This document shows positions 54,956 to 64,000 of a stretch of 64,000 nt of DNA, piece by piece. The stretch lies in assembly GCF_009914755.1 (NCBI RefSeq), contig NC_060935.1. One strand, given 5' to 3'. A program made the position numbers and the translations under genes. The notes beneath the pieces were generated by a model. That model was not told where the DNA came from and did not search any database. It saw only the letters and a list, made by a program, of their open reading frames with translations. Position 1 is the stretch's first letter. Every line of letters begins with the position of its first letter. This DNA is from the human T2T-CHM13v2.0 reference genome, Homo sapiens.

Positions 54956-56249
54956 CTCAAAATTCATAAGACCCAGGCTTAAATTTTGGTTCCACCACTT
55001 ATTTGCTGGCTGACCATAGGTAAGTTATTTAACCTCTCTGAGCCCTGATTTCCACATCTGTAAAATCTGAATGATAGGATTGACCTGACAGGGTTGACGT
55101 TGAACCTAAAAAGGTGATTTACCTTAAGCACTTGGCATGTAGTGAGCATTTAATAAATGTTAGCAATTATTATGTTGATAACAGTTCACAGACTCCCTGG
55201 GCCAGTAGCCCCAGGGGTACTCCTATACAGTCCTGTAATGCTCTTATCTTACATTACTCTCCACCTGGGTACTTACTCTTAGATTCAGAAGTGTTTAGAC
55301 CTTCAAATATAGGGCCTCTATGTCCATGTCTTTCATGAACTGTTTTTCTTTGCACAATCTCAGGCTTCTCTAACAATATTAAGCTTCAATCCCATTCCTT
55401 CAGATCCCAAAGATGTGAATGAGATTGTATTTGCATCCTTAAATTAAAACTCCAAGTTTAGCTTGTTTGTTAACTCCATCCCACATGTGGTCATCTGCTT
55501 CAGACCTTGGGGCCTCATCCCCATTGGAATTGTTTTTGTGTCATTTTCGTTCATCAGCTGTGAGTGGTTGCTCCTTGTTAGGGCCTAGGCTCGGTGCCAG
55601 GGTTGCCAAGATAAAGAAGACAGGAACATAGCCCTTTAGAACCTTAGTGTTGTTTCATATCATCATTTTTCTATTTTCTCTGGATGTCTTTCTTCTCAAT
55701 CTTGCTTGAAATGCAGTTTTATTACTAACAACCACCAATTCTTGAGCACTAGCTTCATGTCAGAGTATGTTCATGTCATCCCTCTGCCATTCCTGCAAAG
55801 TGGGTATTACCGTTCTCCCCATCCCTTCTCCATCTTGGAAACAGAAGGCTCCTCATTTATTACAGAGGTTTCTGACTCTGGATCTTGAGCCCTTTCCAAA
55901 ATGACAAGTTGCCAATGTAAATATTTTTTAAATTTAGTTTTATCCCTAGAATGTGATCACCCTACTGCAGATTGGCACATCACTCGCAGTAATGTCCCTG
56001 GTCCCTGGGAGACATGCACGCCAGTCTGCCGGTGTTTGTCCAAAGGGTGACAGGGCCCCTTCAGATCTTTGGTTTCCACAGTAACTATGCAGCCAGCCAT
56101 TCACTCCCGGCTCCAGTCCACTTTCCAACAGAGAAGAAATGAGCATATTAATTGAAACCCTAACCCCTTCAGTTTTCTACTTAGGACTTCAAAGTTACCA
56201 GAAAGTCCGCCCAGATCTCATTTGCCCGAATAATTCTTTCGCAGGGTGG

Positions 56250-56640
56250 TCCCCACCCCCACCCATGTCCACTCCCTGCCTTCCTTTGCTCTACTCTGTG
56301 CTCTGGGAGCCTGGCCCCTCTGAAGCATCACCACAGCTTTTTTGCCCTCTGGTTCCCTTTGGGTTCAGACAAAGGGAGGCACTGGCTAGAGATCAAAGGG
56401 CAGCAGGAGAAGGAGACTGAAGTATTTCTTCTTTCCTGATTCCTCTCCACTTCCGCACCATGTTTCAGGCGATAGTTGTGTCCCTGGTGGCCATAGCTCC
56501 TGCCAGGGTGGGTAGGAGGGAGGTACCTCCTCTGAGTCTCTAGCTCTTACTTGGCCCAGAAACAATCTTTCTTCCCCTTGTCCTTTCATGCCTAGGGGTG
56601 CTAATGCCTTCCAGATGATGCAAATTATGCCCTATACTAG
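56250..56640 (+). mobile_element. LTR33-like ERVL LTR fragment
   Basis: tgccctctggttccctttgggttcag.caa.gggaggcactggctagagatcaaagggcag. Confidence 0.55.
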
Positions 56641-56689
56641 GCTATTGTCTCAGTTCCATGAAATTGCAAAATACATTATTGACTGTCAT

Positions 56690-58640
56690 GGTTTTCTCCA
56701 CACTACTTCTGATCAAGGAATATGTTTCATAGCAAAATAAGTGAGGCAATGGGTCTTACCTACACCCATGGGATCTGCTATCTTAATCTTGTAAGAAGCA
56801 GTGGGCCAGACAGAATGGTGGAATGGAACAGCCTGCTGAAGACCTATTCGTGGCACCAGCTGAGAGACAACACTGTGAAAATTTAGGGTGCTGTTTTACA
56901 GGATGCAGTATATACTTTGAATCAGCATACGATATATGTTACTGTTGTACCCATAGACAAAATACAGAGGTCAAAGTATCAAGGGGTAAAAGCAGAAATG
57001 GCTCCTCTCACTTATTGACATAATAACATACTTATAGAACTTTGTTCTGATGTCTTGGTGGTCTGAGTACCCAAAGGAAGAATGCTTCCACCAGGGGACA
57101 CAACCCATTCAATTGAAACATTATGGGCTCCTCAGGCCACTAAATTAAAAGGCAAAGAAGGAAGTTATTCTACCTGCTGGGGTGGTTAGTTTTGATTACC
57201 AAGGAGAAATTGGATTGCTGCCATACAAGGAGGGCATGGAGGACTGTCTGGAACCCAGGGGATGCTTAGGGATGCCTATTAGTACCTCCAGGTCCAATAG
57301 TAATACTTAATGGAAAAATAGGCAGAACCTGAAAGACCCCAACCCTTTAGAAGTGAAAGCAATGATCATTCTGCCAGGTAAAGAACCCACATCAGCTGAT
57401 GTCCTGGCAGAGGACAAAGGAAGGAAATGTGGAAAGAGTAGTGGAGGAAAGAAGTTATAAATATCAACTTTGCTGGTGATCAGTTAAAGAAACAAGGACT
57501 GTTAAAAACTATGCATGGTTTTTTCCTTACGTGTTATTTACACATGTATTATTACACACATACTCATGTCTTCTCTCTATTTCTTCCTCCTTATGATTTA
57601 TAATTTATTTACGTATTGGTGGTGGTTAACTTAACTTTAACATATAGTCTTTAGTAGAGTGAAACACCAAAAGCCAAATGAAGAAAGTACGGAGGAAGAT
57701 GGGAATGGTCAACTGTGTTAAAAGTGCTTTCTTCATTTCCACACCTGCTAAGGGGCTCAAGAATCCCCTTACCTGGGAAGCTCCTTTGACATCCTTTGAC
57801 CAGCAATTTTACTAGCCAGCAAAAGCTACCATTGACTGAGGACTTTCTTAAGTACTTCACAGGCATACTATCATTCAGCAGAACACTCTTTAATTTATCT
57901 GTGGGATAGGAATTGTGACTCCAATTTGCACATTCAAGAGCTGAGGTTTACAATATTGAAGACGCACACTCAAGTTTACTATCTGTGGAGCTATTTGATG
58001 TAAACCAGGTCTGTATGAGCCAATGTCCTGTTTTTCATTGCCTCATACTTGATTTGTTTCTTATTTTTCACTAAGGTAAATACTACTGATACAAACATCT
58101 TATACAAAATTAAAATTTAGCCTCTAGATCACAGAACGTTCAGATGGGACTGTAACTAAATGATCAGGCGAGACTGATATTCATGTCACCCAGAGACAGA
58201 TACTGTGACTGTCATCTGGAAATGAACACAATTACTTTTGGGATTTTGTGTCTTTTTGTCTTTTTTTCTCTGGGAGAGGTAAGAGTACATTTGTACAAAG
58301 GCTAGTTGCATGTTATTAGGCAGAGACGTAAAACCATATTGTTGTATGGAAGTTCAAGTGTGTATAGAAGGGTGTATATGAGTGATGAGGGGCCAAAGGG
58401 GTGGACTGGACCAGATGGTCAGTTATGATTTCTCAGCTGCAAGCCCATCCTTCTATGCTCTGTGTTTTGATGCTGGGGCTGGGACTCTATAATCACATCA
58501 CTCCTTTACCAGCTGGTTCTGTGAATAGGCGCACTAAAGGAAAGGTAGATGGGAGGAAGAGGAAGAGACTTACTTCTTCCAATTTTGGCATGCTGCTCCT
58601 GTCAGCATCCTCTAAGCAATAGTTTGTCTCCCTGGTAGTG
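56690..58640 (+). mobile_element. ERVL (HERV-L-related) 3' internal remnant: integrase and dUTPase, polypurine tract, start of 3' LTR (~58407)
   Basis: Degenerate SDQG..F.AK.VRQW, WNSLLK, QDAVY.LNQ, MLPPGDT and AGVV..DYQGEIGLL motifs. ccaaaggggtggac precedes an LTR-like sequence. Confidence 0.75.
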
Positions 58641-59018
58641 GTAATTGGTTCCAAGGCAGTTTACGATATGGAAGCAGGCTGCCATCATAGCAAGCAAGTG
58701 AGAGAGAAACAGAGGGTGAGGAAGATGGAAGCCAGATTCATTTGCAATCTAATCTCAGAATTGACACCCCATCACTTTTGTTATATTCTACTCCATGCAC
58801 AAGAGGATTATATGATGGCATGACTGCCAGGAGGCAGAGATTATTGGGAGCTGTCGTAGAGGTCTTCTACCATGTGATGTTAAGTCGGTGTCCCTGACGA
58901 ATCAATGCATTCTGTTAGATTCTGTTCATATGTTAGTTGGTTTCTGTTTCTGTTTCTTTACTGGATTCGTATACGGTAGTCTGTTGGTGTTTGCTCCCTT
59001 TACCCTGCTTTGTAAATA

Positions 59019-59365
59019 CAGTCAAGTCACCATATAACGATGTTTCAGTCAACGACAGACCACATATTCAACAGTGGTCCCATAAGATTATAATACCATT
59101 TTTTCTATGATGTTTTTGTATGTTTAGATACACAAATACTTACCATTGTGTTACATCTACCCTACCTGCAGTATTCAATACAGTAACATGCAGTACAGCT
59201 TTGCAGCCTAGCAGCAATAGGCTATACCATATGGTCTAGGTGTGTAGTAGGCTATACCATCTAGGTTTGTGTAAGTACACTATATGATGTTTGCACAACA
59301 ATGATGAAGTTGCCTAATGAAGCATTTCTCAGAACATATCCCTGTCATTAAGGCACACGTGACTG
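59019..59365. mobile_element. Tigger3a (MER7A-like), full length
   Basis: TA|cagtca...tgactg|TA, 347 bp, homologous to the element at 5105-5687. Confidence 0.9.
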
Positions 59366-59770
59366 TAATTCCTCCATTAAGAACTTTAAAATTTGAAATG
59401 ACTGGGATGAATTATTTTAGCTCCTGGGCTGCAGACTGATGACTGAGTGGATAAACTCAGTGGGCTGGTACTGATCTGGGGGTTGCATGGATCCTCTGTA
59501 CTTGGAAGCAGAAGACCAAGGCTAGCTTAGCTTTGCCACTCACTCGTTCTATGCCCTTGGATGATTCACTTAACCATCTTAAACCCTAGGGTCCTCATCT
59601 GGAAACTGGGGAGAATAAAGCCTCACTTTCAGGGTTATGGTGAAGATTAAGTGAAAATTCAAGTGCCTGGAAGAGTGTCGAGCACACAGTTAGCTCTCAA
59701 GAAATGGTTGCTATTATTGGTAGAAAATGTATCCTAATGTTCAATCAACCTGATTAAAAATGTCTACTTT

Positions 59771-60062
<292 letters not shown>

Positions 60063-60305
60063 GTCTATTTCACAGGGTTGTGGGGATTAAATTAGATGAT
60101 GGGTGCAAAGTGCCTAGTACTGTGGTTAATGGTTGACAAGTGCCCAATAAGTATTAGTATTAAATTGCTTTTTAAAAATTTCAAATAAAATTTGTTTGTA
60201 GGCTAGAAAGTACAAGTACACTATATTAAAAAATATTTCTGTTAAAAAGGAATTAACTTGGTATCAAAATTAGGCAAGAACCCATTTTATTTATAACTAC
60301 ATTTA

Positions 60306-61032
<727 letters not shown>

Positions 61033-61621
61033 TGATTGATTTAGTAAACATTATCTTTTTCTCTGGAAAACTGAGTTACATGGATTTCACAAGGTTACTG
61101 ACTTTCAATGTATGGCTAAAATTGGTGGTAGATTAATTTATGGACATGCTAGTAACAAAATAGAATTTAATAATCTGTTTCATCCTCTAAGTATTTCTGA
61201 CATTTTGTTGTTGTTGCTCATTAGTCCCTGGCTACAAATAACCACAAACTCCCTAGTTAAGATGATGTCAGGACTCTCAGACTAGGGAAAAAAGCCACAT
61301 TCTGGTTGTAAATGAAAATTTAACGGAGAATAAGATATTTGAAAGAGAAAATCATTGTTTTGAGAAAGGAACAAAGAAGCCAGACAAGGTATAAACTTTA
61401 CCAAATGTTCAAAAAATTCATTTAATATCGGGCTTTATAATTCATGAAGTTTCTTTTCTTTTGGCTGCCAACTTATCTAATTACAATTCTAGATTGACAG
61501 CAAAAATATTTAATATTCTCTGAGGAAATACCCAACTCAGGTGAGACAAGGACAGAGCAATGAAATGGAAGAAAACTGTGAGAAACCAGGGAGACTGTAT
61601 TAGTCCGTTTTCACACTGCTA

Positions 61622-62056
<435 letters not shown>

Positions 62057-62074
62057 TCACAATGCAGCAGGAGA

Positions 62075-62190
62075 GAGAGAGAGAGTGAGGTAGGAAGTGC
62101 CACACTTTTAAGCCGTCAGATCTCGTGAGAACTCACTCATCATCACGAGAACAGCATGGGGCAAACCGCACCACGATTGAGTCACCTCCC
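62075..62190 (-). promoter_or_regulatory. Putative LTR promoter: AP-1 site and TATA-like box
   Basis: TGAGTCA at 62178-62184. Minus-strand CTTAAAAG at 62112-62105, at the LTR TATA position. A pyrimidine-rich (CT)n start region lies ~25-35 nt downstream. Confidence 0.6.
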
Positions 62191-63327
62191 ACCAGGTCCC
62201 TCCCTAACATGTGGGGATTATAATTCAAGATAACATTTGGGTAGGGACGCAGAGCCAAACCATATCAGAGACAATCCACGAGGGCCATGAGGTCGGCTCA
62301 GCCCTGATGTACTCTGGAAATCCTGGAATCAATGTGCCCATAGAGGGATGTGTGACAGGGAGGAGGGATCCTAGAGGGTCATGATATGACCTGGAGGCAA
62401 TGAGATCAAATTCCTGGTCCTGCTAAGCCCCCAAATCGTAAGAGTTTACATGCTTTCAGGTATTTCTGGACTGTGCTTTTTAACGTCTCAAAACCTTTTT
62501 ACATACATCACCTCATTTGAGCCTGATACAGACTAGTGAGCTAGGTGAGGGCTGGTTCTTCTCTATCTAGGTGAGGAAAGTGACAATCGGGAAGAGAAAG
62601 GACAAAAACCACTGCATGTTAATGGAAATAAATGACAAGGAGAAACAAAACAAAGGCAAGGACTCCATGGTGATGAAAGAAAGGCACATTGCCCAGGAAG
62701 GGAAGTGGAGGCCATGGCCCCACTTCTGCTCCTGACCCCAACCAGGAGACCACCAAGTTGAACCCAAGGGTGTGGCTGAAGATGTGCCTGGTCTTCTAAG
62801 ATGTTTGCTGTCCAACTGCTGGTGTTGAACCTCCACCCCTCCTAGTTCCTTAATCATGTAGATAAGTCTATTTACATCCTCCACTAATACCAACTTTTAC
62901 AGTGGCACGGGGTAAAGCCCTAAAAAGTATTTGTTACTGTAATGTACCATATAGTGGTAATTATTATTATAAGAAAGTAACTTGTAAACTGCCAAGTGCT
63001 ATACAAATGTCCATTATCATTATTATGATGATTATATAATGATCATGTTGGTTTTTCTCCAACCCAAGGAGTGCTCATTCAGTCCCATCTTTTCTTCTTC
63101 AATTTCAGTAGCTTCCCTATCCAAAGCCAAACAAATTTTAGTGTTCTTAATACCCTCAGTATGGTAGCTTGTTAATGTCTCTTAAAAGCTCAAATAATTT
63201 ATGCTTACTTTTTTAACTTTCTTCTTATAACACAGCTTCCCCTCCCTTCCCTCCCTGTCCCCCAAAGCCAGAAACTCTAGTGGGCTAGAGAAATCTCCAA
63301 CTGTCAGAGCTTTTAGAAATAGAGTTA

Positions 63328-63636
<309 letters not shown>

Positions 63637-63905
63637 TTAGCCTCACAGAGTCACAGAAGTGGAAGGACATGGAAGTGAACAGATGACAGTACTCAGACCC
63701 ACAGTGATCACAGTGGTCACTTCCCCAGGATCACAGTGGGGCAGCTGCAGTCATGAGTGAAAGTCAGCACTTCCAGCACCCGGCCTAGTGCTCTTTGCAC
63801 TGAGCAGGGCCCTCTGATGTGATTTTCCTTTGCCTCCAATGTCAAAATCCCAGGCTTCTGAGATTTTATTCTTGTTCATAGTTTCCCCAGTATGGTTCCA
63901 CATAG

Positions 63906-64000
63906 GGGGTTGATCATAATCCTGAAAGACCCATCCGAAATATTGAAATCCTGAAAGATCAAAATCCCAAAAATATAATTCTGGAAAAAATAAGAAGAAA
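63906..64000 (+). mobile_element. Ricksha-like (MULE/MuDR) DNA transposon terminus, cut by the window end
   Basis: ggggttgatcataatcctgaaagac...ttgaaatcctgaaagatcaaaatccc, with repeated AATCC subterminal motifs. Confidence 0.65.

Overview
Primate genomic DNA, most likely human chr11p15. The first ~17.3 kb is the 3' end of TEAD1 on the + strand. It contains the penultimate coding exon (2702-2854), the last coding exon (9637-9750, ending ...HHIYRLVKD*) and a ~7.5 kb 3'UTR in which I see no Alu or L1, closed by AATAAA at 17240. The rest is repeat-dense: about 21 Alus in the window, L1PA/L1MA/L1M and L2 remnants, MIRs, ERVL and MaLR pieces, and hAT, Tigger and MuDR DNA-transposon fossils. Near the right end, a minus-strand THE1-type solo LTR (61596-62267, perfect GAGAC target-site duplication) carries an AP-1 site, a TATA-like box, an ATG and a strong splice donor. 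I infer it is the promoter and first exon of a spliced minus-strand transcript converging on TEAD1; by position this matches LINC00958 as I recall it. Joining the LTR donor to candidate exons at 57898-57773 and 53443 gives an uninterrupted 54-codon ORF that starts at the LTR ATG, which is the most interesting hypothesis here. Almost all ORFs in the supplied track are repeat-derived or chance. Repeat subfamily names come from recalled consensus sequences, and repeat boundaries are approximate unless a target-site duplication (TSD) is given.
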